Positions 24,683 through 35,704 of a stretch of DNA of 39,034 nt are shown here, one piece after another. The first letter of the stretch is position 1. Every line of letters begins with the position of its first letter. Origin of the DNA: Acanthaster planci (taxonomy: Eukaryota); NCBI RefSeq assembly GCF_001949145.1, contig NW_019091361.1:4212164-4251197 (forward strand). The letters run 5' to 3'. Both the position numbers and the translations under genes were made by a program. The notes beneath the pieces are model-generated. The model did not search any database. It saw nothing but the letters and a program-made list of their open reading frames with translations, and was not told the origin of the DNA.

Positions 24683-25145
24683 GTGAGTTAGCTGGGGTTG
24701 GTGATTGGGGGAGGGAGAGAAACAGGCATCGGTGAGTTTCCCCTCGTGGGCTGTGTAAGAAAGAGTGAGGTGTAGTTGGTGATCGGGGGAGTGGCATCAT
24801 CATATCATGAGGGTTCCTTGTGGGGTGTGTCTGGTGAGTTGAGTTTGGGTATGAGGGGAGGGTAGAGGAAAAAGGCATCGCGGGATCATTTGCTGGGTGT
24901 GTCCAGGGAGTTGGGTTTGGTACAGAGTATTTGGTTCCAAGGAGTTGAGGGAATGGTAGCAGTAAAGTTCTCCTGACGGATGCGCCAGTGACTTAGGGTT
25001 AAATTCAGTGATTTGAAAGACATATCATAAGGCTCCCGTACTAGTATGAGATGTGTCTTGTGAGTTAGGGTTTGGTTGGTGGGATTTGGGCGGGGGGAGG
25101 TGGTGGTAGAGAAGCAGATGTCAAGAAGGTCCCCCTGTGGTCATT
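24650..25145 (+). repeat. Degenerate ~70-80 bp tandem array whose unit is the 3' end of exon 7 plus donor site and G-rich intron start
   Basis: GGCATC unit starts at 24650, 24725, 24793 and 24874; ATCATGAGGGTTCCTTGTGGGGTGTGTCTGGTGAGTT at 24804-24840 copies the exon end; looser units at ~24960, ~25020 and ~25115. Confidence 0.85.
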
Positions 25146-26368
25146 GGGCCCATGTTACTACCAGTACACTCTTTCTACTTCAATTTTCATGGGACATCCA
25201 GCTCAAAGTACATGTACAGCAGCAGTGTTTTTTGTTGGATGCGAAAACAACCGAAGCGAAATCGTTCCAGTTGAAGCGTTTTAACTGTGATTGGCAAAAA
25301 CAGGTTCAGTCCACAGACTCGCTTCTGAAAAGGGCAGGGTAAACATGCATTCTCTGAGTTGTGTTGTTCAAAGAGCTCAAGCTGTCGAACATTTGTGCAG
25401 TGTTCGACCTCTGACTGCTTCGTTGCTGAAGCCTACCCAGCGACATTGCAGTGGTTGCCTTCTCTCTGTTTTTTCTACTGCGAATCTGAAATGAGCTGCC
25501 ATCCTTTGTATTGTTGCAAGAGAGGGCAGGGGCAGAGGGGCGCGACTTACAGTACTGACCATGGAATGGTGCCCCAGGGATCAGTAATGAATCATTTATT
25601 TCACTGAAGCACAAGGCAGACTCTCTGCAAGTTTCATTGCGCAGAAGGGTACCTATAACCTTTGTTGGACATGCACATAGTGGTGATTTCTAACCAGGGC
25701 TGGGAAAGGGAATTGTAGCCCGATTCAAACAAAAATGAGACAGGATGGAGAGCGTTGGTAAGCGAAACCAAAATATTCCTGAAACTGTCCAGACCGGAAA
25801 TGTCTGAAAGGGGATGAGGATGACTCTGGAGCACTGACAGCAATATCTCGGCATCTGTGCTTCACGATTTTTTCTGGCAGTTTTTTAGTACTTCAATACT
25901 AACTTCATATTCCGAGTTTACAAGGTCAATGAAGTGATAATAACTGTCCTTTCTTGTTGTCTGTGTTCATCTTTGTCAAAGTGATTGTTTCCGTATTAAC
26001 GTAGACAGATGTACAGTTACCGTAATTGGGAATAATGCTTTTTGCTCATTGTATCCAGAATTTTGGCTTAATTGAGTTTGCACTGATGAGAGTCAACTGC
26101 AGTTACCAATGCTGTAATCAAGCCCTTGGCATCTGAGTCCAAGTCCGAGTCATTCGAGTCCGAGTCTCGTCCGAGTCCTTGTATTCTGAGTCCAAGTCCA
26201 AGTCTTTGTGTCCAAGGCTGAGTCCTTTTATGATTCTCAAGTAACATCAACACCAATGTACATGCACATGTATTAATATAAATCACAAATATGACACATT
26301 ATTAAGATTGAAAAGGGCATTTTATAAAAAGTTATAATTAAACACTCTTTTTATTTCACCTTTATTAA

Positions 26369-27363
26369 CCCTAACCCTGCTTAATGCACCAGAGGTAAAA
26401 AGTTGTTGCATTTAGCAGGCAACGCAAGTCTGCTGGTGGTATGCATTCTGGTCCATTTAGCAGGCTTGGTGTTTACGCCCTAGCAACTAGAGCACCAGAA
26501 TGCACTGGTGCAATCTGACATAAATTAGTTCACTGCACAATGCACCAATATGCACCANNNNNNNNNNNNNNNNNNNNNNNNNNNNNNNNNNNNNNNNNNN
26601 NNNNNNNNNNNNNNNNNNNNNNNNNNNNNNNNNNNNNNNNNNNNNNNNNNNNNNNNNNNNNNNNNNNNNNNNNNNNNNNNNNNNNNNNNNNNNNNNNNNN
26701 NNNNNNNNNNNNNNNNNNNNNNNNNNNNNNNNNNNNNNNNNNNNNNNNNNNNNNNNNNNNNNNNNNNNNNNNNNNNNNNNNNNNNNNNNNNNNNNNNNNN
26801 NNNNNNNNNNNNNNNNNNNNNNNNNNNNNNNNNNNNNNNNNNNNNNNNNNNNNNNNNNNNNNNNNNNNNNNNNNNNNNNNNNNNNNNNNNNNNNNNNNNN
26901 NNNNNNNNNNNNNNNNNNNNNNNNNNNNNNNNNNNNNNNNNNNNNNNNNNNNNNNNNNNNNNNNNNNNNNNNNNNNNNNNNNNNNNNNNNNNNNNNNNNN
27001 NNNNNNNNNNNNNNNNNNNNNNNNNNNNNNNNNNNNNNNNNNNNNNNNNNNNNNNNNNNNNNNNNNNNNNNNNNNNNNNNNNNNNNNNNNNNNNNNNNNN
27101 NNNNNNNNNNNNNNNNNNNNNNNNNNNNNNNNNNNNNNNNNNNNNNNNNNNNNNNNNNNNNNNNNNNNNNNNNNNNNNNNNNNNNNNNNNNNNNNNNNNN
27201 NNNNNNNNNNNNNNNNNNNNNNNNNNNNNNNNNNNNNNNNNNNNNNNNNNNNNNNNNNNNNNNNNNNNNNNNNNNNNNNNNNNNNNNNNNNNNNNNNNNN
27301 NNNNNNNNNNNNNNNNNNNNNNNNNNAGCAGGGTCCTTGGCAAATACCCCTTGGGGGTTAGGG
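26369..27363. mobile_element. piggyBac-like element nested in the hAT-like element; interior mostly gap
   Basis: TTAA|CCCTAACCCT...GGGGTTAGGG|TTAA; internal TGCACCA repeats; pairing of the two ends across the gap is inferred. Confidence 0.65.
26558..27326. other. Assembly gap (N run)
   Basis: Ns. Confidence 1.
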
Positions 27364-29044
27364 TTAAGTTTGATTGGCATACTGACACTCTCACTATCTA
27401 TATCAGAAAAAAACTTGAGCATTTTGATTAGTGTTGAAGAGATCAAATATATTGAAGGAGGGGACAAATTTAATATCATTGGACGGCGATCGTTAGACCC
27501 CTTTTGGTAACAGAAAAAGCCCCCAGATAGCTGTGTAGTGTGCACTTTGACTGAATTAGTGAAAAGTTTCACCCTCGGTTGTTTGTAAAAGGACTTAAGG
27601 CTTCTTAAGTGTAAAAATGTTTTAAAAAATGAATTCAAATTCTTTGTGAAGAAAAGTTGTTTAATGAAAAAATGATTGGAGAGTGCTTAGACTGCATCCA
27701 AATCGTCTGCATCTAGCTAGATTTAGGCCTTCAACCCACCTTTAGAAAGTGCACAAATACACGCTTACAATAGCCATAGCTGTCGCTCTGGAAGCCCATG
27801 TCAAAACAAGTTGAGACAAGGCCTCAGCATACCTCTCAACATTGAAGACCGAAAAAGTTTTAGATTCTTCAGTAGTTTGAAGGGAAAGATGCTAGGGTGC
27901 AGAGCGACCAAGCAGGGGTAGGGGCTGGGAGGCTTTCAAGGCAGGAAACATTTGTAATTTGTGACTCAGTTTAGCACAATCTGTGGTACACAATGCAAGA
28001 ATAGTTTTCATATTAGGTAATTAAGTGGGTAGGTAGGTAATTAGGTATTAAGTAATAAAAAAAATTTGCATAATAAGAACTTGAGAGACACAAGTGTGAA
28101 TTGGATACAGAAATAATCAACAGTGGTCGCTTGTAGCAAAAAGTCAGCAGATGGTTAATATTCATGAGAAGCGGTAGTGTACCGCCTAAAGTGGTAGAGT
28201 TAGCAAGTGTATGTCTCAGTCTGTTCTTGTGAGCGTACACCAGCTGCGCACTGTAGCTTCACACATCTTTTTGCAAAAGATTTTCATTTAAATTCTAGAA
28301 CACACAATCTTAACATGATTCCAGGGTGTACAAAAATTTAAATTTAACTTTTGTACAGTTTTGTAATGTCGCTTTATTAGTCTGGTTCTATGGTTCTGAC
28401 ACTTCAACTATATAATCAAGCCTCTTTTTTGAGTCTTTCACCAGGGATCCGTTCCACAGTGTCCATGCACTCGTGCAAAATCAACCCTGCACAATACTCA
28501 AAAGATGTACATTAGACGTACATGTAGTTCTACACATGGAGACAGTGCATATACGGTACACTGTACATGTACATCCGAGTTTCTGTCTAAAACCGGTCCG
28601 AACTCAGGGTCTTCAAATTGGTGCATGTAGCGCTAGCGTTGCAGTGCAACCGAATGACTTTCAAGAAAGCATGAGAACTCCATGTGTCTCTTCGTTTAAT
28701 GAAATTGCAGTAAAGTAAAGGTAAAATTCTTGGTTTTTTTGCCAGACTCTGGCCAAGTCCCTGAGAGATCTGAGTCCTCATTGTTAGAGTCCGAGTCTTA
28801 TCTGTCCGAGTCCAAGTTTCATCTGTCCGAGTCTCATTTGTCCGAGTCCTTGAAAATAGGGACTCTGGTCCTCCAGCACTGGCAGATAAATTTGTAAAAA
28901 AAAATAGTTGCTTTTGACTGAGCCCAACTGAATCGTGTTCTAAGATTCTGTCTATGTGTGTCTTCCCTTTCAACATATCAGAAGTAAACTGCTCTCGTCT
29001 TGCAGGCTCGTTTTGCATGGCAATTTCAGAAGTACACTCCCAGT

Positions 29045-29560
29045 TCAATGAACATCCGCCAACTTATAGTTGCCATACATAAATCTGTTAGTCGGGTCAA
29101 TGTTACTGATTACAGACCAATTTCTTTACCTACTCATCTGTCGAAGGTCTTTGAATAAGTTGTGTGCAAACAAATCTGCAATATGTCCCAGCAGCCATCT
29201 CTGATCAACAACATGGATTTGTTCCAGGCTGATATTGTTCCACCAATCTCACTTCATTACTCCAGGAGGCATACCATGATGCTGTTGACAAGGGCCAGCA
29301 GATGGACATCGTGCACACAGATTTCTCAAAGGCCTTGTTTCCCATAGCTGTTACACCAGCTCACCTCCTATGGTTGGCATTTAGGAGTCTTAACATTATT
29401 GCATAGTCATTTGACAGTTAGACAACACCGAGTACTCACTGATGGCCCGAGTTTGGAATGGAACCCGGTTCCCTCAGGTGTCCCCAAGGGCTGTATTTTA
29501 GGGCCCTCAATGTTCATCTTCTTGTTAGATGATGCCTTGATAACTGTGATACCGCGGTAG
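29045..29560 (+). mobile_element. Decayed CR1-like LINE reverse transcriptase fragment
   Basis: Peptides IHKS...DYRPISL...SKVFE, ISDQQHGFVPG, MDIVHTDFSKA, RQHRV and PSGVPKGCILGPSMF match RT motifs YRPISL, QHGF, DFSKAF and GVPQGSxLGP; stops and frameshifts present. Confidence 0.92.
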
Positions 29561-29720
29561 GCCTACTCATGGAGTTCTCCTCCTTGAAAACATGTATGCA
29601 GGGTATGGTTGTTTACCTGTCACCAAATGACATGTTTTGGTTCTGTCGGCAGAGAAAGCTTGAACAACAACAAAATGGCAAGATACAGGCTATTTGAAGA
29701 AACATTTTCAGCATTGTTTT

Positions 29721-30164
29721 NNNNNNNNNNNNNNNNNNNNNNNNNNNNNNNNNNNNNNNNNNNNNNNNNNNNNNNNNNNNNNNNNNNNNNNNNNNNNNNN
29801 NNNNNNNNNNNNNNNNNNNNNNNNNNNNNNNNNNNNNNNNNNNNNNNNNNNNNNNNNNNNNNNNNNNNNNNNNNNNNNNNNNNNNNNNNNNNNNNNNNNN
29901 NNNNNNNNNNNNNNNNNNNNNNNNNNNNNNNNNNNNNNNNNNNNNNNNNNNNNNNNNNNNNNNNNNNNNNNNNNNNNNNNNNNNNNNNNNNNNNNNNNNN
30001 NNNNNNNNNNNNNNNNNNNNNNNNNNNNNNNNNNNNNNNNNNNNNNNNNNNNNNNNNNNNNNNNNNNNNNNNNNNNNNNNNNNNNNNNNNNNNNNNNNNN
30101 NNNNNNNNNNNNNNNNNNNNNNNNNNNNNNNNNNNNNNNNNNNNNNNNNNNNNNNNNNNNNNNN
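29721..30164. other. Assembly gap (N run)
   Basis: Ns. Confidence 1.
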
Positions 30165-30336
30165 TATTGTTTTTGTATGTTGTTGTTTTTAGCATTGTCT
30201 TTTGTAAGCTGTAAGCAATTATTACATATCACTTTTTATTTCTTGAAAAAGTGGCTGATTTCCCCGGCCCCAAAGAGGAAATTACAGTGATGAAAATGGC
30301 ATCCACCTCAAGATGACTTGATATGATAACAGTTAA

Positions 30337-31093
30337 CAAAAATGGGGCTATTTGTATCTGGCTGGATGCACGTGAGTGCATACCTGAACTGACTAGTTCT
30401 GGTAGATTGATGTCTTTCTCTGCTTTCTACAGAATGAATTGGGTCAGGTTTGCCATCATTCACTAAAATGTGAAGTGACTCAGAAACGGCATTATGAGTA
30501 ACTGTGTCGGCAGAAGTGGTTACTCGTGCGTGGGAACAAAATCTTTTTTAAAAAATCTTGCATGTACACAAATAAACCCTGACAGCTTTTTTTATGTTAG
30601 ACATGCAAGTTATCATTTCCTGAGAGCCTTTAGACTTTAAGGTGATGTAAATATTAATGGTAAAACAGCTGGCTTTTTTTAATGGGACCATCTCACAGCC
30701 AGGGGAGTAGATTCCATCCTCAGAACTCAGCTGCCCCATGCCCATTCTCTTTGAAGCTTGGCAAGCATGTAAACATGCTCATTATAAGTACATTTGTGAA
30801 GTTTCAGGTCGGTTGGTGATTTATTTTAGAGCCATTTGAGGTTTATGTTCCCATATGTCTTTTTTGGAGTGCTTTGGGCACATCAGTGATAAACAGTTAT
30901 TAATAACTCTGTTGAAGAAAAATTAGCATCTTGTGAAAACAGCATTTCCCAGTTTCATGACATTGAAGGTAAAATGACCACAAGACATAATTGGAAACAC
31001 TCCCAAAGGCTTGGCATGAGAAGAAGATGGCGCTGTGATGACATAACAAAGAAACTGGTGGGGGGGATTAGCCCTCCTCCTGCTCTTTTAGGG
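30337..31093. mobile_element. Possible decayed piggyBac-like non-autonomous element
   Basis: Right end GGGGGGGATTAGCCCTCCTCC...TTTTAGGG|TCAA; left end TTAA|CAAAAATGGGGCTATTTG only loosely matches. Confidence 0.3.
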
Positions 31094-33631
31094 TCAAGTA
31101 GCAAACAGATTAAGTGAAAGAAGTCTTAAATCAGAAAAGATGCACATAAGGCCAAGGTCATTTGCCACAGTTTGCCTGTTTGTTTTAATTAAAAAAGATG
31201 CTGTCAAGTACATGTACTTTATTAGGACTGCACATTATCATATGCCACTGCGAACCTTATTTACATGTACATGTATAGTATACTGTGATTCATTTTCTCT
31301 TTACATGTAGGCCTGCCTGACAGAAATGAATATTGAATTTTGGCCCTCAGGCATGGCAGCTTTTCTTGGTAGACAGGCTCTTGAATCTGTTCCAGCCCAC
31401 AGTTGATAAGCCCTGACCTTTGCTTACCCAACGTCTTGGCTAACCACAAAGGGACGAAAATCAATGTGTGCTGGGCCGTCGACATTTTTCTTGTCAATTT
31501 TGCTCTTCCAAAAATGTGAAACAGCTAGTACAATATTGAATGAATATGCTCACAATACTGGAATCCAAAAGCTGAAGGGTACTGTACGTAAATTAAAGCT
31601 GAAATTATGATGGGCTTAAATCCGTCCATTTTGTTACACGTATAGGAAGCTTCTTTGATCTCCTGCATGAAGTACTGCCTTGAAACCAATTGTGCCGTCT
31701 GTGTTACATTAGTCTCCTTATGTGAGGGATACAGCGCACGATCGATCAAAAGTACACCAGGAAGCCAGGGCCAGGTTTAAAATCCCTGCTTTCACTCTTG
31801 CTACGGCTTCATCTTGCATGGCTGCTGGAATTATTTTTCAAAACCTTGACATGTAAATCGGGACGAGGATGTGGAGTTGCCCTTTTATCCTGAGGGCCGC
31901 AACTCAGACTCTGAATATCAAAGCTGGAGAGTGGAGCTAAGATTACGATTAAGCCCCCCCCTCAACTTGAGCAGATTTGAGTTGTGTTGTTGATTGACAT
32001 AATAAATGTACCTTGCCCACAGTTTACATACACTTCAACTTTGTTTAAGTACAAGTTCTGGGACTTTTTCTATACCTAGCAACAATTTTCCTTCGGCATT
32101 TTCCTTCAATCTACTGTACATTTGCCTCAATACTGTATTTTCAGATTCAGGTAAATATAAAAGTGGATGTGCTGGCTGATCTGGAACAGAAAAAACATAG
32201 TTTCCGGGAATCACTACAGTCTTCAAATTGTTATGCAACATTTACAAGTTTAAGTGTGTGTACATGTACACGTAAACCTTTCAGCCACAGTGGTATGTGG
32301 ACATTTATCAGTGCTTTGAAATAATTCTGTCTGAAATGAATTTGTCTTGCATAAACACATACACACACACCTGAATGTGACTCAGAGCCTCTTGTGTGTA
32401 ATGAGATTCATGTTCTTTCAGCTCCCTGGAGTGCACTGAAAGAGCATTTGTCATGTCCTCTGAAAAAAAAGCTGATCAAATACAGTTGCCATGGACACCT
32501 TATTATGTGCACACCGCTGTTGCAGATATTTGATTTGGCTGCAGCAGCGGTTGGGAATTTCGTTGAACTTTAATCTTTTGAACTTGAACGATAAGATAAA
32601 TCAAACTCTTCAGTGGATTTTGAACTTTTTTTGTCCTCCGTTGACCACACAATTGCACAAATTGTAATCAGTGATATGAGTCTCGGTAATGTGTATGTAC
32701 AGTACTTTTTTTATACATGCAAAGCATCATTTTTTTTATTATTTTGTTGTTTTTTTAAATTATCTTTATCACGCTCTTCTCTGAATTCATAGGATTATTT
32801 GACACGTTATATATTTCCCCGAAGTCCTTGAAATTCAAGCTTTTCACGTTGGTAGACTAAACATCAGATAGATATTTCCATTTAGTCAAAATATTATTTT
32901 TAAAACCATATACAAAGGGGGGGGTATCATTTCATTGGAATATTGACCCTCACTCTCCAGCTTTCTACACAAGTATAGGAGGGCAATCACAAACTTGGAA
33001 CTAATGTGACAAATAAACAAGGGAAAGCTGGTAAAAACCTACCCTATGCAAAGACTGTATTTGTATTAAGGAGTATGACACAACATTTTGGGTTGAATTA
33101 CAAGTTTTTGCTTTCTTTTTGCTAATGTACTTAACAAGGTTTTTCACATGGTCCATAAATACATGTAATGGCAACTAAGTGTTTGGAATACGTATACTTG
33201 TTTACTTCCCTGTAGAGTGTCTGTGGTGAAAAATGACTTCCTTTCATGATGTAGACTCGAGTGCAGCAGTTTCATGCATGCAGGAGTCTTTGTCTCTGCA
33301 CCATAACTGGAAAGCATGTATCCATTGTTCAGCATGGAGTTATGCATTGCAGGTCAGGTATTGTGTGTAAGGATACTCCTTCTTCCCCTGAATCCCAGCG
33401 CCTGGTTTGGTGATATTCTGGTGGCTGTGTATGACTTGCCATTCGGTTTTACTGCTACCATTATGTTACATGGGGTTTGATGTCTCAGTTGTTTGTATGG
33501 CTAGAGCAAATGTGTCATTGGTTTACTGTACACTGTTTGATTTGGGAGAAAAAAGGTTTTAAAAACGGGAAAGAGTTATGGTAATCAAACATCACTTCTC
33601 TTCTCTTTTTTTTTTTTCCCTGCACATGCAG

Positions 33632-33709
33632 GTGTTCAACCAGTGTTACGATGGAGGTTCAATATCACCTTCCACATGTGTCTACATGAAAGAATGGATG
33701 GATTATTGA
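33632..33709 (+). CDS. POLR3F: POLR3F terminal coding exon 8, 78 nt, VFNQCYDGGSISPSTCVYMKEWMDY*
   Basis: Poly-T tract then CATGCAG|; TGA at 33707-33709; completes the four-Cys motif (C-x2-C-x5-C-x10-C) of the RPC6 4Fe-4S domain; summed CDS 951 nt = 316 aa. Confidence 0.95.
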   Translation: MFNQCYDGGSISPSTCVYMKEWMDY

Positions 33710-34339
33710 ACAGGCAGTTCCGGGAATGCCGTCAGCTCAAACTCGGTATTTACTGTCTGGAATGGAAAGTCTGAACTGCCAGCCAGAAAGTTCAGCTAGC
33801 TTGAGTGAATGGCTCACTTCCTTGGATTGGTGCAGTCACAGTCTGACATGACTGAATGATCGTTGCAGTGAAGGAAAAGTCTGTATTTCCCTCGTAGACC
33901 TGTTGAAAAAATGGATCAACTTGGTGAGATACAAGTTCTCAAAAGACTGTACTTGAAGTAGGCTGTTGATATGTCTGTGTGGCTGGTTCGGGCAGATTAC
34001 CAAAGTGGACAGCTAAACAGACAAGGTGTCTGCTGCCTGGTACAAAAGCACAATGTCGTCATTTGTTGAGTTGTGACTTGTGTAAAACTGATGCACCCAA
34101 TGCCATTCTGCCAGGCACAACCATGCAGTGAAGACCATCAGCCTAGCCCGCAAGGGCTGACAAGAGGGCAGTAATCAAACTCTTAATTCTGAAACCAATG
34201 TGGACAGAGTTTATATAAAAAGAGTAAGCCAATTGTGCAGCCTGCAAATACTGCTTGGTTTATCCTAGCCATTCATGGTGGAAGTTCAGCTGAAAGAGGA
34301 ACCCACCAACATGCATTGCCAGTTTAACTATCTTATTAA

Positions 34340-34401
34340 CCCTAACCCCCTAGGGTGTATGTAAAATCATATTGAAAGCGGAGGATTTGGGACTGTTAGG
34401 G
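34340..34401. mobile_element. 62-bp piggyBac-like mini-element in the POLR3F 3'UTR
   Basis: TTAA|CCCTAAC...GTTAGGG|TTAA; left end CCCTAACCCCCTAGGGTGTAT resembles the reverse complement of the 27363 end (CCCTAACCCCCAAGGGGTAT). Confidence 0.7.
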
Positions 34402-35698
34402 TTAATTGGGCTTGCTTGAATTATGTCATGAGCCTAAACATCAATTCTTCAGTGAACTCACACAAATGACTGAACTGATTAATCAGTCCATTTTGGGATA
34501 ATTGTTTCAGTCAGGTTTTGTTCAAATTTAAAGCCCATAAAAATACCGGCATCCTATTTGACAGATGTAAAAAACAGACAAATATGTATGTCAGTGAAAG
34601 AGTAGCTGCAATCAATCTGGTGAAATGCAGATCTTCCAAAAGCACCTTTGTTTCTCAGTTAATCTCATTTTGTAACTTTTGTTTCACAATTTACTAGCTT
34701 TTGGTTTTTGTGATGAGATTTCCTTATTCATGAGCGAAACAGTGTCATGTCATCCCAGGAAGACGACCTCGGTGTTACATTGGTTTGTACAAAAGTCCTG
34801 CCTTTTTGTAGCTTTTGCTGGACTAAATTTTCTCTCCTTACGGATTCATTGTGATTAATGTGAATAGCAATCAGTGTTTTCAGTAAGTGAAATATAGATG
34901 CACAATTTCGACAGAAAAACTTATGCACTGAACTATGTCTTCCGTGGATGATATCACAGCAACAAGGTTCTCAGTTGTCCAGGAAAGCATGGATAATCTT
35001 AAGTGTTTAAAAGGGGGTTTTTTTTCAATGCATTTAAGCTGACACGAACATAAAAGATCTTCCTTACATTGAAGACGAATGCAAGGTAGAAGGATTGTTT
35101 TTTAAGAGAAATTGACTACAGCTATATATTAACATGGTTATCAATTTGGTCTGCTTAAACTGCCTGGAATACCCCAGCCTTTCACATAATTATCTCGAAT
35201 CACTTGCACTAAATCTGTAGTCCCCTGCCTAATTGGAAGACCCCATTCTCTTAGACACCGACGAGGATGGCTTACAAGAGCCTGGATAATTTCTCTTTGA
35301 AGTTTATCTGAGAGTGTTTCTGAATTCAGGGCTCCTCAGCATTGCTTGCCAAGTCTGCTAGGAACAAAGACAACCAAATGAAAGGATGACTTCATTTACA
35401 GAGTTAAGTCTGCGTGCATCACAAAACCCTATCACATACATGTACTTAATCACAAGTAACAAGGGACTGTTGGTTTGGAAAGACTTATGACGTGATGAGA
35501 TGTTTTCCTGAGTTTTCTGTAATGGCCATTGGTGTATCCAGGTGTTGGGTGGGGACTGTGGAATTTTGCTATCCATAAAGGAATCCCCACCCCGATGAAT
35601 AGAATGTTTTTTCAACTTTTTTTTTTTCACTTTGAACACCTTTATAACAAATTTCCTTTTTATGACGGACTTTGTATTATCAGTATTGGAAAGCAAAG

Positions 35699-35704
35699 AA
35701 TAAA
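35699..35704 (+). terminator. Probable polyadenylation signal of POLR3F (3'UTR about 33710-35720)
   Basis: AATAAA followed about 25 nt later by a GT/T-rich tract (TAGTTTTTGTTTTGTTATTTTT), just before the switch to CpG-rich sequence. Confidence 0.55.

Larger units (their letters stand above)
26107..28881. mobile_element. hAT-like non-autonomous DNA element with (GAGTCC)n subterminal arrays
   Basis: Ends CAATGCTG...CAGCACTG; flanks GCAGTTAC / GCAGATAA (6/8 match, candidate 8-bp TSD); CCGAGTC/CCAAGTC arrays at 26135-26226 and 28745-28870. Confidence 0.7.

Noticed and set aside
23674..25002. Idea that exon 7 is enclosed by TTAACCCT (23674) and AGGGTTAA (~24995) as one transposon
   Set aside because: The left end pairs better with AGGAGGG at 24013, and the right motif is part of the exon-derived minisatellite (GTGACTTAGGGTT)
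33144..33347. HHERK in a minus-strand ORF suggesting a MULE-like transposase
   Set aside because: Single short motif with no preceding DxTF motif, and in the wrong order relative to the other relic segments
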